Source: Deltaproteobacteria bacterium
GTDB taxonomy: Bacteria; Myxococcota; XYA12-FULL-58-9
Assembly (NCBI GenBank): GCA_016218825.1
Contig: JACRCV010000056.1
Span: forward strand, 160,416 to 224,415
Length of the DNA stretch: 64,000 nt
Reading direction: 5' to 3'
Shown here: one piece after another, positions 1 through 8,266 of the stretch
Layout: every line of letters begins with the position of its first letter
Numbering within the stretch: position 1 is the stretch's first letter
Translations under genes and position numbers: made by a program
Notes under the pieces: generated by a model
Seen by the model: the letters and a program-made list of their open reading frames with translations, nothing else
Told to the model about the DNA's origin: nothing
The model's database searches: none

Positions 1-80
1 TCTCCGCCGGGTCCCTCGAGGAGGTGATGACCGACGACGCCGCCTCCGTGAAGGTCGAGCGCTACGCCAGCCACTGGTGA
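1..80 (+). CDS. 3' end of a gene entering from the left edge (...SAGSLEEVMTDDAASVKVERYASHW*), function unknown
   Basis: Open frame from position 3 with GC3-biased codons ending at TGA 78-80; converges on the S8 gene. Confidence 0.5.
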   Translation, partial: SAGSLEEVMTDDAASVKVERYASHW

Positions 81-93
81 CGCCACCGAGATT

Positions 94-1674
94 CTAGCGC
101 CGGCGGCGACGCATCCAGAGCACGATCGCCAGCACCCCGAGCCCGGTCGTGGACGTGGCCGATCGACAGTGGCAACCACCGCCGTCTTTCGCCGGCTGAT
201 CGCCGTCGCCGCCGCTCACAACGCCGAGCGCCAGCCGCAACGCCGCCACCGGATCGACGATGCCGTAGCCGTAGAGCGGATCGTGGCCGTTGGCGTCGGG
301 GGTGGCGCGCGGCGCCCGGCGCGCGCTGTCGATGAGGAGCGCGTAGAGCTCCGCCGCGGTCTTGTCGGGCGCGGCGCTCACCAAGAGCCCGGCGATCCCG
401 GCCGCCACCGGACACGCCGACGAGGTGCCGCCGAAGTTGGCGGTGTAGTCGCCGAAGTCCGCGCCCTCGCTCCCGGAGACGTCGGTGGTCACGGTGCCGG
501 CGGGGGCGGCGAGATCCACCGGGCTGCCGAAGTTGGTGAACTGGGTGGCCTCGTCGTAGACGTTGACGGCGCTGATGCACAACACGCCGCGCACCGCCTC
601 GAGCTCGTTGGTTCCGAGCTCGCGGCCGTCGTTGCCGGCGGCGAACACCACCAAGGCGCCCCGGCCTCCCCGGCCGCTGTCGAACACGGCGTTGATCGCG
701 TCGGCGAGCGGCTGCGGCACCGGGGTCGGGTCGACGAAGCCCCACGAGTTGCTGACGACGTCGGCGTCGACCTCGAGCGCGAACTGAAAGGCGTCGACGT
801 CGGCGGAGACCGGCACGGCCTCAGCGTCGGCGCCGAGCATCCGCACGCAGCGCAGCCGGCACTCCGGACATCCCCCGGCGATGCCGACGCCGTTGTTGGT
901 CACCGCGCCGACGAGCCCGGAGCAGGCGGTGCCGTGCTCGTTGCCCGGCTCTCCCGGGACGTAGCTCGGGTCGTCGTCGGGGGTGACGACGTCACGCCCC
1001 TGATCCATCTTCGCCGCCAGGTCGGGGTGCTGCAGATCACAGCCGTTGTCGACCACCACCACGGTCGTATCGGGGCTGCCTTGGGACAGCGCCCAGGCGT
1101 CCACCATCTTCAGCCGGTTGAAGTAGGACTGGCCGGAGAACAGCGGGTCGTTCGGCGCGGCGCGCAAGCGGTGCGCCAGATAGAGGTCGGGGATCGCCTG
1201 GCGCAGCGTGCCCTCGCCGGAAAGCCCGACCGCGAGGTCGGTCGCGAGCGCCAGTCCGTCGCGCGCGCCGCCGGCGTCCTCGACCAGCCACAGGCCGATG
1301 CGCGGCATCAGCGCCCGGATCGCGACCAGCCCGAACGAACGGAGCACCGCCTGCGGCTCTTCGAGCTCCGGATCGATCTGAACGATCGCACGCCGGCCGA
1401 CGCCCGCGACGCTCGTTTGCCCATCGGCATAGGTCAGACGAACCGCCGCGAGGTCGGGGCGCGAAGCGATCGCGCGACCGAGACGCACCGCGGTCACCGG
1501 CTTGCCGCCGTTCAAGAATGTCCGCGCCGCAGGTTCCGAGGGCAGGCCCGAGGCGCTCGGCGACACCGGCACGCCGCCCACCTCGCCGGCGACCGCCGCC
1601 GAGCTGCAGAGCCCGCAAGCGAGGGCAACCATCGCCAGACTCGTCCAAAAGCGCGCACGCCAGCAACGCATCAT
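94..1674 (-). CDS. Secreted S8 (subtilisin-family) serine peptidase with C-terminal MYXO-CTERM-like anchor
   Basis: Catalytic motifs VVDNG (Asp), HGTACSG (His), FAAGN (oxyanion Asn), FGGTSSACP (Ser); signal-like N-terminus; tail GGGCHC...VLAIVLWMRRRRR; ATG at 1674 preceded by GAGGAGG. Confidence 0.9.
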   Translation of the reverse strand: MMRCWRARFWTSLAMVALACGLCSSAAVAGEVGGVPVSPSASGLPSEPAARTFLNGGKPVTAVRLGRAIASRPDLAAVRLTYADGQTSVAGVGRRAIVQIDPELEEPQAVLRSFGLVAIRALMPRIGLWLVEDAGGARDGLALATDLAVGLSGEGTLRQAIPDLYLAHRLRAAPNDPLFSGQSYFNRLKMVDAWALSQGSPDTTVVVVDNGCDLQHPDLAAKMDQGRDVVTPDDDPSYVPGEPGNEHGTACSGLVGAVTNNGVGIAGGCPECRLRCVRMLGADAEAVPVSADVDAFQFALEVDADVVSNSWGFVDPTPVPQPLADAINAVFDSGRGGRGALVVFAAGNDGRELGTNELEAVRGVLCISAVNVYDEATQFTNFGSPVDLAAPAGTVTTDVSGSEGADFGDYTANFGGTSSACPVAAGIAGLLVSAAPDKTAAELYALLIDSARRAPRATPDANGHDPLYGYGIVDPVAALRLALGVVSGGDGDQPAKDGGGCHCRSATSTTGLGVLAIVLWMRRRRR

Positions 1675-1810
1675 CGACCTCCTCGATTGTCGCGCCACGC
1701 TACGGCATCTGCCCCGCCGACGGTAGCGTTGTGCGATCAGAAACGGTATGGTACCGCGCCTTGCCGGTGGCCGCGACCGTGCGTGCCAGGGCGGACGCAA
1801 AGGAATCCTC

Positions 1811-2623
1811 ATGAGCCTGTCTTCGCTGCGATCTCATCGTCTTGGGTTGTCGGCCGCCGCGGTGCTGTTGGCGCTCGGCCTCAACGCCGGCTGCGGCTCC
1901 GACGACGCGGGCGACCCCAACCCGCTGCCGTCCGGGAACCTCTGCGATACCCCGGTCGTCAGCCCCTGCATGGACCAGGCGATCACCCAGGCAGGTCTCA
2001 AGGGCACGGTGGCGAAAGGCCTCATCACCAACGCCAGCGAGGGCAACGGCGTCTGGGCGTCGGAGATCGACGCCACCGCCGGCGGGCTCACGCCGACCGA
2101 GAGCTACGTCTACGCCGCGTTTGGCGACGCCGGGCTCGTGAAGCTCAACCTCGACGACGAGAGCGCCTTCAACGACATGGTCTGGGACGTGGCGTTTCGC
2201 CGTTTCGTCATCCGGATCAACAGCGGCGACTCCGGCCCCTCCTGCGACGTCGCCGCCGTCCTCGGCAGCAACGTTCGCTTCGACAGCGTCACCCTGGTAC
2301 CGACCAGCCTCACCTACTACTCCGACGACTTCATGTCGGACCCGCCGGCCTGCACGATGAACACCGACGCCTCCGGCATGAACTCGCCGGCCGTGTTCAT
2401 GGGCGGCTTCTGGCACCACGTCAACAACGCCTACGGCGGCTGTCTGCAGATGACCGACCAGGTCTACATCCTCCAGGTGCGCAGCGGCCGCCACGTGAGG
2501 TTTACGGTCACGCACTACTACAACGCCACGCCGCAAGAGGCCTGCGACACCGACCCGGCGAGCTTCAACGCCATGGGGCAAGGCTCGGGCCACGTCGGCG
2601 TGCGCTGGGCCTTCCTCGACTGA
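1811..2623 (+). CDS. hmuY: HmuY-family heme-binding lipoprotein
   Basis: Lipobox LNAGC; IDATAGG and WDVAFRRFVIRINSG motifs typical of HmuY; ATG 1811 after AAGGA. Confidence 0.75.
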   Translation: MSLSSLRSHRLGLSAAAVLLALGLNAGCGSDDAGDPNPLPSGNLCDTPVVSPCMDQAITQAGLKGTVAKGLITNASEGNGVWASEIDATAGGLTPTESYVYAAFGDAGLVKLNLDDESAFNDMVWDVAFRRFVIRINSGDSGPSCDVAAVLGSNVRFDSVTLVPTSLTYYSDDFMSDPPACTMNTDASGMNSPAVFMGGFWHHVNNAYGGCLQMTDQVYILQVRSGRHVRFTVTHYYNATPQEACDTDPASFNAMGQGSGHVGVRWAFLD

Positions 2624-2631
2624 GCGCCGCG

Positions 2632-4137
2632 ATGCGCCGGCTCACGATTCCATGGTCGGGGGTGTTGGCCGCGGTCGGCCTCGGCCTCACCGCCTGCGGT
2701 GCGCTGCCGGCAGACGGGCTCGATGGCCCGGTCTTGGCGACCGAGGCCCTCAGGCCCGACAACCCGGCGCGCGAGTCGTTCGGTTTCGACCCCGGCGACA
2801 CGGTCGAGATCCTGGACTCGCCGGGTGGCGATTTCCGGGTTCATTACGCCCGCGCCGGGCGGTGCGCGGTACCGGACACCGACCTGGACGGCAACCTGAT
2901 GCCGGACTACGTCGAAGACACCGCGGCGGTCTACGACGACGTCTTGACCTTCTACCGCGACGCCCTCGGCTTTCGGGCGCCGCTCGCCGACGACGGCATC
3001 GGCGACAACGGCGGCGACGGCCGCTTCGACGTCTATCTGGTGGACTTCGGCGGCAACTCCGACGGCATGCTCGGGGTCGACGGCTGCCTGAACGCCAACC
3101 CGGATCAGTGCGTCGGCTACATGCTGCAGGAGAACGACTTCGCCCGCTCGCAAGACTACCGCTATTCGTCGCTCCACGTCGCGACCCAGATCCTCGCCAG
3201 CCACGAGTTCTTCCACGCGGTCCAGAACGCCTACGACGGCTATCAGGGCTCGATCTTGAGCGAAGGCACGGCCACCTGGGCGTCCGAAGCCTACAACGCA
3301 GCGCTGCCGGATTTCGAGAAAGCGATCCAGGCGTACATGGACAACCCCGACCAGCCGATCGACACGCCGATGCCGGGCATGTCGTTCAATTACAGCACCG
3401 CGATCTTCTTCGAGTTCCTCGCCGAGCGGCTCGGACAAGACGCAGTCCGCAAGATCTATGAGGCGTCCGAGAACGGCGCCAACGGTGTGAGCGATCCGAG
3501 CTGGTTCGCGGCACTGCCCGACGTCATCTCGAGCTACGGCCAAGGCGCCTTCGACCGGATCTTCGTGGACTTCGCCACCTGGAACTTGTTCACCGGCAAC
3601 CGCGGCGACCCGGCCCAGAGCTACGCCCTGGGGCGCAGCTACCCGCGGGTGCGCCTCGACGTCGTCAGCCCGCCCTATGTCGATGCGTTGGTACGGATAC
3701 CCCACGCCGCCACCAAGTACTTCAGCGTCGTGCCGTCGGGCCGGACCGAGATGACCGCGGCGCTCGTCGGCCCCCCCGAAGAGCTCGCCGATCTCCACCT
3801 GCGCCTCACCGTGGAGCGTGGCCCGGCCTTCGAAACGCCGCTCGCCGTCCAAGATCTCCAGGCCGGCACCGAGGTCGTGAGCACCGACCTCGCCCGGACC
3901 TTCATCGTCTTCCTCGTCAACACCTCGACCGGCGGCACGAGCCGGCGCCCCGGGTTGTGCATCGGCACGCCCGCCGAGGTCACGGCGTGCAAGGCACAGC
4001 TCAACCCGACGCCGCCGCCACCACCTACGGAAGAAGATCCGGGCGGCTGCCTGAGCGCCACACCGACCGGGCCGCTCGCCGTCGTGTCCTCTGTCGCCCT
4101 GTTGTGGCGGCGACGCCGCGGCCGGCGTCAGTCGTAG
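2632..4137 (+). CDS. Zinc metalloprotease (MXAN_6640-like, HEFFH) lipoprotein with MYXO-CTERM-like tail
   Basis: Lipobox LTAC; ASHEFFHAVQ zincin motif with downstream EGTATW; C-terminal Pro linker, GGC, hydrophobic stretch and RRRR; starts 8 nt after the hmuY stop. Confidence 0.85.
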   Translation: MRRLTIPWSGVLAAVGLGLTACGALPADGLDGPVLATEALRPDNPARESFGFDPGDTVEILDSPGGDFRVHYARAGRCAVPDTDLDGNLMPDYVEDTAAVYDDVLTFYRDALGFRAPLADDGIGDNGGDGRFDVYLVDFGGNSDGMLGVDGCLNANPDQCVGYMLQENDFARSQDYRYSSLHVATQILASHEFFHAVQNAYDGYQGSILSEGTATWASEAYNAALPDFEKAIQAYMDNPDQPIDTPMPGMSFNYSTAIFFEFLAERLGQDAVRKIYEASENGANGVSDPSWFAALPDVISSYGQGAFDRIFVDFATWNLFTGNRGDPAQSYALGRSYPRVRLDVVSPPYVDALVRIPHAATKYFSVVPSGRTEMTAALVGPPEELADLHLRLTVERGPAFETPLAVQDLQAGTEVVSTDLARTFIVFLVNTSTGGTSRRPGLCIGTPAEVTACKAQLNPTPPPPPTEEDPGGCLSATPTGPLAVVSSVALLWRRRRGRRQS

Positions 4138-5639
4138 CTGCCGAGCACCCACCACCGCGCCTTGTCGGGCGCGCCCGCCAAGCGTAGCCGCAGACCGCCC
4201 TGCAGCTCGACGTCGTAGAGATCGCAAGCCGGACCCGCGACCTCGGGCGGTTGCCACCACTCCTCGCCACGCCGAAACGGGCCGCGACAGGCGGTGATCG
4301 AACCGCGAAAGCTGCGACTCGCGATCGCCGCCGGCAACGCGCCCTGAACCAGCACCTCGACCTCGCAGGGCGGGCGGAGGCGCCGCAAGCTCGTCACCGG
4401 CGGGGTCACTTCGCCCCGAGGTGTTGGCGCCCGCGTCGAGGTCGCGACCGGCGTCAAGGTGAAGCGATCGTCGCCATAGGTGTCGAGCAGGCGCGGCGCA
4501 CCGATGCGCTCCGGGCCGCACAGCGCCTGCAGCCGGGCCACGGTGAGCGCGAGCTTGTCGGGCGCCGGGCGCGGGGCGGAGAACAACGCCAGCTGCACCG
4601 GCTGCAAGGACGCCGGCGTCGCGACGACGGCCACCTGGATCACGGGCGCCGGCAGCGGTGCCTCGCTGAGGTGCAGCCGGCAAAGGGCCAAGAGCGCCGG
4701 GCGCTCGCGGCTCGGCGCGCTCACCCGGACCAGACGCTCGAAGCGCTCGCCGCCGTCGGCGACGAAGGAGAGGCGGAGGTCGCCGCAGAGATAGCCGCGC
4801 GCCGCCAGCTGCACCAAGAGCCGACCGAGCAGCTCGTCGAGCACGGCGAGCAAGGGCTCGAGGTTGTCGAGCGCGTAGTCGAGGCTGAGGTCGGCGCCAA
4901 TGACGACCGGGGTCGCGGCCGGCTGCAGACCACCCCCCTCCTCCTCGCCGCGCGCGCGGCGCAAGAGCGAAAGCCCCGAAGGTCCGAGCTTGTCGCCCAC
5001 CCGTGCTGCCGGCAGCGCCAAGAGATCGGCGACCGTCGTCAAGCCGAAGCGCCGCAGGCGCAGCGCGAGGGCGGGCTCGGGTCGCAACGCCGCGAGGGGC
5101 AACCCGGCGACGAAGGCCTGCTCGGCCGCCGTCGTCTCGGCGACGATGCAAGTGTCCGCCGCGACATCGGCCGCGAGCCGCGCCAAGGTCTTGGTGCGGG
5201 CCACGCCGACGGTGACGACAAGTCCCGCGTGCCGCGCCTCGCAAAGCAGCAGCCGCGCCACCTCCGCCGGCGGGCCGACGAGACGATCGAGGCCGGCGAC
5301 GTCGGCGAACAGCCAGTGTTCATCGCCGGCGGTCTCGCGCTCGATCCGGGAGGAGTAGTGTTGCATCAGTGTCAGCAGCACCTCGGCGGCAGCCGCCTCC
5401 AAGACCGGATCGCGGGGGATGACGGTCAGCGCCGGGACGACGGCGCGCGCCTGGGCCACGGTGATCGGGGGACGGATCCCGAGGCGCGCGGCGGCCGGCG
5501 ACGCCGCCCAGATCCGATCACCGCCGCCGGTGAGGACGGCGCCGACGATCGCCAGCACCTCGTCGCGCCGCGTCGGCGCGGTGCGCCAAAGCGCCTGGAG
5601 CGAGAAGGTCGGGGCGCGCAGGGCAGCGACGCGCGTCAT
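4128..5639 (-). CDS. imuB: ImuB, catalytically inactive Y-family DNA polymerase of the mutasome
   Basis: AARLGIRPPITVAQARA, FADVAGLDRL, GVARTKTLARLAA, clamp-binding-like QLALF, C-terminal GPFRRGEEWW...DLYDVEL; directly downstream of imuA. Confidence 0.85.
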   Translation of the reverse strand: MTRVAALRAPTFSLQALWRTAPTRRDEVLAIVGAVLTGGGDRIWAASPAAARLGIRPPITVAQARAVVPALTVIPRDPVLEAAAAEVLLTLMQHYSSRIERETAGDEHWLFADVAGLDRLVGPPAEVARLLLCEARHAGLVVTVGVARTKTLARLAADVAADTCIVAETTAAEQAFVAGLPLAALRPEPALALRLRRFGLTTVADLLALPAARVGDKLGPSGLSLLRRARGEEEGGGLQPAATPVVIGADLSLDYALDNLEPLLAVLDELLGRLLVQLAARGYLCGDLRLSFVADGGERFERLVRVSAPSRERPALLALCRLHLSEAPLPAPVIQVAVVATPASLQPVQLALFSAPRPAPDKLALTVARLQALCGPERIGAPRLLDTYGDDRFTLTPVATSTRAPTPRGEVTPPVTSLRRLRPPCEVEVLVQGALPAAIASRSFRGSITACRGPFRRGEEWWQPPEVAGPACDLYDVELQGGLRLRLAGAPDKARWWVLGSYD

Positions 5640-5647
5640 GCGCCGCC

Positions 5648-6304
5648 TCAATCGACCGCCGCCGCCAGCGGCAAGAGCACCTCCGCCCCCGGCGTGCCGT
5701 GCCATTGGCGCGTCACCCGCACCCGCAGCCGCGCCACCTCCGGCGCCCAGGCGCACTCGAGGCGCAGCGCCGCCATGGCCCCGGCGCGCGCGTCCCCCGA
5801 CAAGAGCAGCAACACCGTGCGGCTGCGCTCGAGGCGATGCTTGAGCCGCACCCAGGTGCCGAGGTGACAAAGCGGGGCGCGGCGGCCGCCCTCCGCGACG
5901 TCGAGCGCCAACGCCGCGAAGCCGCCCGCCGCCACCACCTGGCCGGTCGCCGCCAGCGCCTGCGCCACGGCGTCAGCGCCGCGCGGCCGGATCCAGAGCA
6001 ACTGTTCGAGCACGACCCCGGAGGCTTGGGCGCTCAACGGGTCCAAGGTGTCGAAGGGATCGATCCAGGCGACGAGGGCGCCGGCCGCGGTCACGGCCGC
6101 CATCGCCCCCAGCGCCAACGACGTCCGGCCGCTGCTCGCCCGCCCGACGATCTCGGTGATCGCGCCGCACGGGAGCCCTCCCTGGAGCAGCGCGTCGAGG
6201 GGCCGCTGACCGGTGCTGAGCCTCTCGGCACGCAGCGCCGGCGCCGGGCGCAGCGCCGGGTGGGCTTTGAGCCACGCCAAGATCGAAGGAGAAGAAACTG
6301 CCAT
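5648..6304 (-). CDS. imuA: ImuA / RecA-like mutagenesis protein
   Basis: LSTGQRPLDALLQGGLPCGAITEIVGRASSGRTSL (RecA fold, P-loop Lys replaced by Arg), AWID...LDP, LLWIRP; 218 aa; upstream of imuB. Confidence 0.85.
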   Translation of the reverse strand: MAVSSPSILAWLKAHPALRPAPALRAERLSTGQRPLDALLQGGLPCGAITEIVGRASSGRTSLALGAMAAVTAAGALVAWIDPFDTLDPLSAQASGVVLEQLLWIRPRGADAVAQALAATGQVVAAGGFAALALDVAEGGRRAPLCHLGTWVRLKHRLERSRTVLLLLSGDARAGAMAALRLECAWAPEVARLRVRVTRQWHGTPGAEVLLPLAAAVD

Positions 6305-6316
6305 GGCACGCCAACC

Positions 6317-6357
6317 CTGAACACCCGTACAGTATCAAGGGCGCCGCCCGTTGCCAA
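6317..6357 (-). promoter_or_regulatory. imuA promoter (TTGGCA-17-TACTGT) overlapped by LexA-box-like site CTGTACGGGTGTTCAG (6317-6332)
   Basis: CTG-N10-CAG dyad ending GTTCAG resembles the Myxococcus LexA consensus CTRHAMRYBYGTTCAGS; overlaps the -10 hexamer 12 nt upstream of the ATG. Confidence 0.75.
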
Positions 6358-6372
6358 GGCCCAAGGGCGCGG

Positions 6373-6930
6373 CTATTCGCCCACGTGCTCGATGCTGAGA
6401 CACGCCGCCTCGCCGTCTCGGAGGGTCACCACGAAGAGATCGCCATACTGCTGGTCCTCGATGCTGACCGACGTGCCGACGCCCAGGACCGCGAGGATCT
6501 CGGGGATGGTGTTCGAGTGCCCGACCACCAGCACCTGAGCGCCCCGGTGACGCTCTCGCAGGATCTGCACCAGACGGGTCGAGTCCGTCGCCGGCAGCTC
6601 TTGCGGCGTGAGCCCGAGCCGGGACGCCAGCGGCGCCGCGGTCTCTCCGGTGCGCTGGTACTGGGTCACGTAGATCGCTGCGAGGCCCACGGACGCCAGG
6701 CGCTCCTCGAGTGCCCGGGCCCGCGCCCGGCCCTTTGCCGACAGCGGCGGATCGTCGTCCCCGTCTCGCACCCGCGCCTTCTCCGCGTGCCGCACCAGGT
6801 AGACGACGCTGACGCCGCCGGCCTTGCGGCGCGACGCCACCTCGCGGCGCTCGTTCTGCGCCGGCGCGCTGCAGCCGATCGCGCACAGCAGCAGCAACAA
6901 CAACGACACGGCGTGCGCCCTACGCGACAT
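6373..6930 (-). CDS. Histidine phosphatase (phosphoglycerate mutase/SixA-like) family, probable lipoprotein
   Basis: VYLVRHAEK, PLSAKGRARA, VGHSNT motifs; N-terminal hydrophobic stretch ending AIGC; start overlaps the mrfB stop. Confidence 0.8.
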   Translation of the reverse strand: MSRRAHAVSLLLLLLCAIGCSAPAQNERREVASRRKAGGVSVVYLVRHAEKARVRDGDDDPPLSAKGRARARALEERLASVGLAAIYVTQYQRTGETAAPLASRLGLTPQELPATDSTRLVQILRERHRGAQVLVVGHSNTIPEILAVLGVGTSVSIEDQQYGDLFVVTLRDGEAACLSIEHVGE

Positions 6931-8257
6931 CGTGTCGCTCCCGTTGGCGCGCGCGGCGGCGCTGCAGGCGCTCGAGCCGGCGGGTCCGCTTCGCCGCGCC
7001 CTCGGCCGCGAGGGTGTGCTCGGCATGTGAGACGGCGCGGTCGAGATCGCCGAGCCGATGCTCGTAGAGCTTGGCGAGCCCGAGATGGATCGACGCCGCC
7101 GCCGTCCCGTCGGGGGCGGCGTAGGTCAAGGCGCGGTGCAGCGCGTCGGCCGCCGCTTGATAGGCGTGACCGCGCACCTCGAGCACCGCCACCAGCCGCA
7201 ACGCCGACACCGCGATCTCCGCTCGGCCCGCGAGCGCCACCTCGGCGAAGCGCCGGGCACGCGCGCCGTCATCGTTGCGCAACGCCAGCCGCGCGAAGCC
7301 CAGGGCCTCGTGAGGCGCGATGCGCTCGTTCACCCCGGCAAAGCCGGTCGCGAGCCGGTTCAAGAGCGCCGGCAGCGCCAGGATGTCCTGGACGTTGTGC
7401 TCCAACACCGGCTGCAACAGGCCGCCGTCGCCGGTCTTCAGGAAGCGCCAATAGAGCGGCGGGATCGAGGCGCCGTCGATGTCGTCGGCGCGCGACAGCC
7501 CCAGGACCTCCTCCTCGACGCTCTTCAGCCGCAGGCTCAAGAGGTGGCGGCGATAGACGCGCCGGACGGTGTGCAGCAGATCCAGGTGCGCGGGCCTGGG
7601 CGCCGCGAGGCGGTTCATGATGAAGCGGGTGCGCAACAGCGGCCAGTCGAAGCTCTTGCCGTTGAAGCTGACGATCGCCGAGGCCGCGGCGAGGCGCGCC
7701 GCCAGCCGACAGAGGAGCGGCCCCTCGTCACTGAGGCGGGAGAGGAGGAGCTGCTCCACCACGAAGGCGCCGCCTTCGAACCATCCGAGCCCGACGAGAA
7801 ACGCCAGGGTCCCGGTGCCGCCGGCGAGCCCCGTGGTCTCGGTGTCGAGGTAGAGGAAGCGCTGCGGATCGAGCGCCGCCAACGCCGGATCCAGCGCCAG
7901 CGCCGCGACCAGCGGCCCATCGCCGACGCCACCCACGGCGATCTCCTGCCGCCCGTGCCGGTGGCTCGCCGGGAACGCGTGCCGCACCACCTGCACCGCG
8001 CCTTCGGCTTCGAGCTCGAGCGCCCCGGGGAGGTCGTGGAGCTCGGCGGCCCGCGCCGGCCGATAGGTCCGGGTCTCGCGCGCCACGCCCTTCGCGGTCA
8101 TCTCGGCGAGACGGGCCTTGAGGCGGCCGAGGCGCTCCGCCTGCGACAACGGCGCCAGCGTCTCCGCGACGCAGGCCGTGGCATCCCCCGGCGCCGCGGC
8201 GCCGGGACTAGCGGGACCCGGCGGGCCGAGGCGCGCGAGCTTCTGCCGCAAGTCCAT
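6920..8257 (-). CDS. mrfB: MrfB/YprB-like RNase H-fold 3'-5' exonuclease with C-terminal TPR-like region
   Basis: YLDTETTGL, SFNGKSFDWP, HLDLLH, HNVQD motifs; C-terminal LAKLYEHR; follows the DUF1998 helicase. Confidence 0.85.
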   Translation of the reverse strand: MDLRQKLARLGPPGPASPGAAAPGDATACVAETLAPLSQAERLGRLKARLAEMTAKGVARETRTYRPARAAELHDLPGALELEAEGAVQVVRHAFPASHRHGRQEIAVGGVGDGPLVAALALDPALAALDPQRFLYLDTETTGLAGGTGTLAFLVGLGWFEGGAFVVEQLLLSRLSDEGPLLCRLAARLAAASAIVSFNGKSFDWPLLRTRFIMNRLAAPRPAHLDLLHTVRRVYRRHLLSLRLKSVEEEVLGLSRADDIDGASIPPLYWRFLKTGDGGLLQPVLEHNVQDILALPALLNRLATGFAGVNERIAPHEALGFARLALRNDDGARARRFAEVALAGRAEIAVSALRLVAVLEVRGHAYQAAADALHRALTYAAPDGTAAASIHLGLAKLYEHRLGDLDRAVSHAEHTLAAEGAAKRTRRLERLQRRRARQRERHDVA

Positions 8258-8266
8258 GCGCCTACC

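Noticed and set aside
1675-1810. Fur box in the S8/hmuY divergent spacer
   Set aside because: No convincing AT-rich GATAAT-type dyad is visible.
169-2631. N-terminal 821 aa of the 1322-aa ORF 169..4137
   Set aside because: Overlaps the S8 and hmuY genes; the real protein starts at ATG 2632 with a signal peptide.
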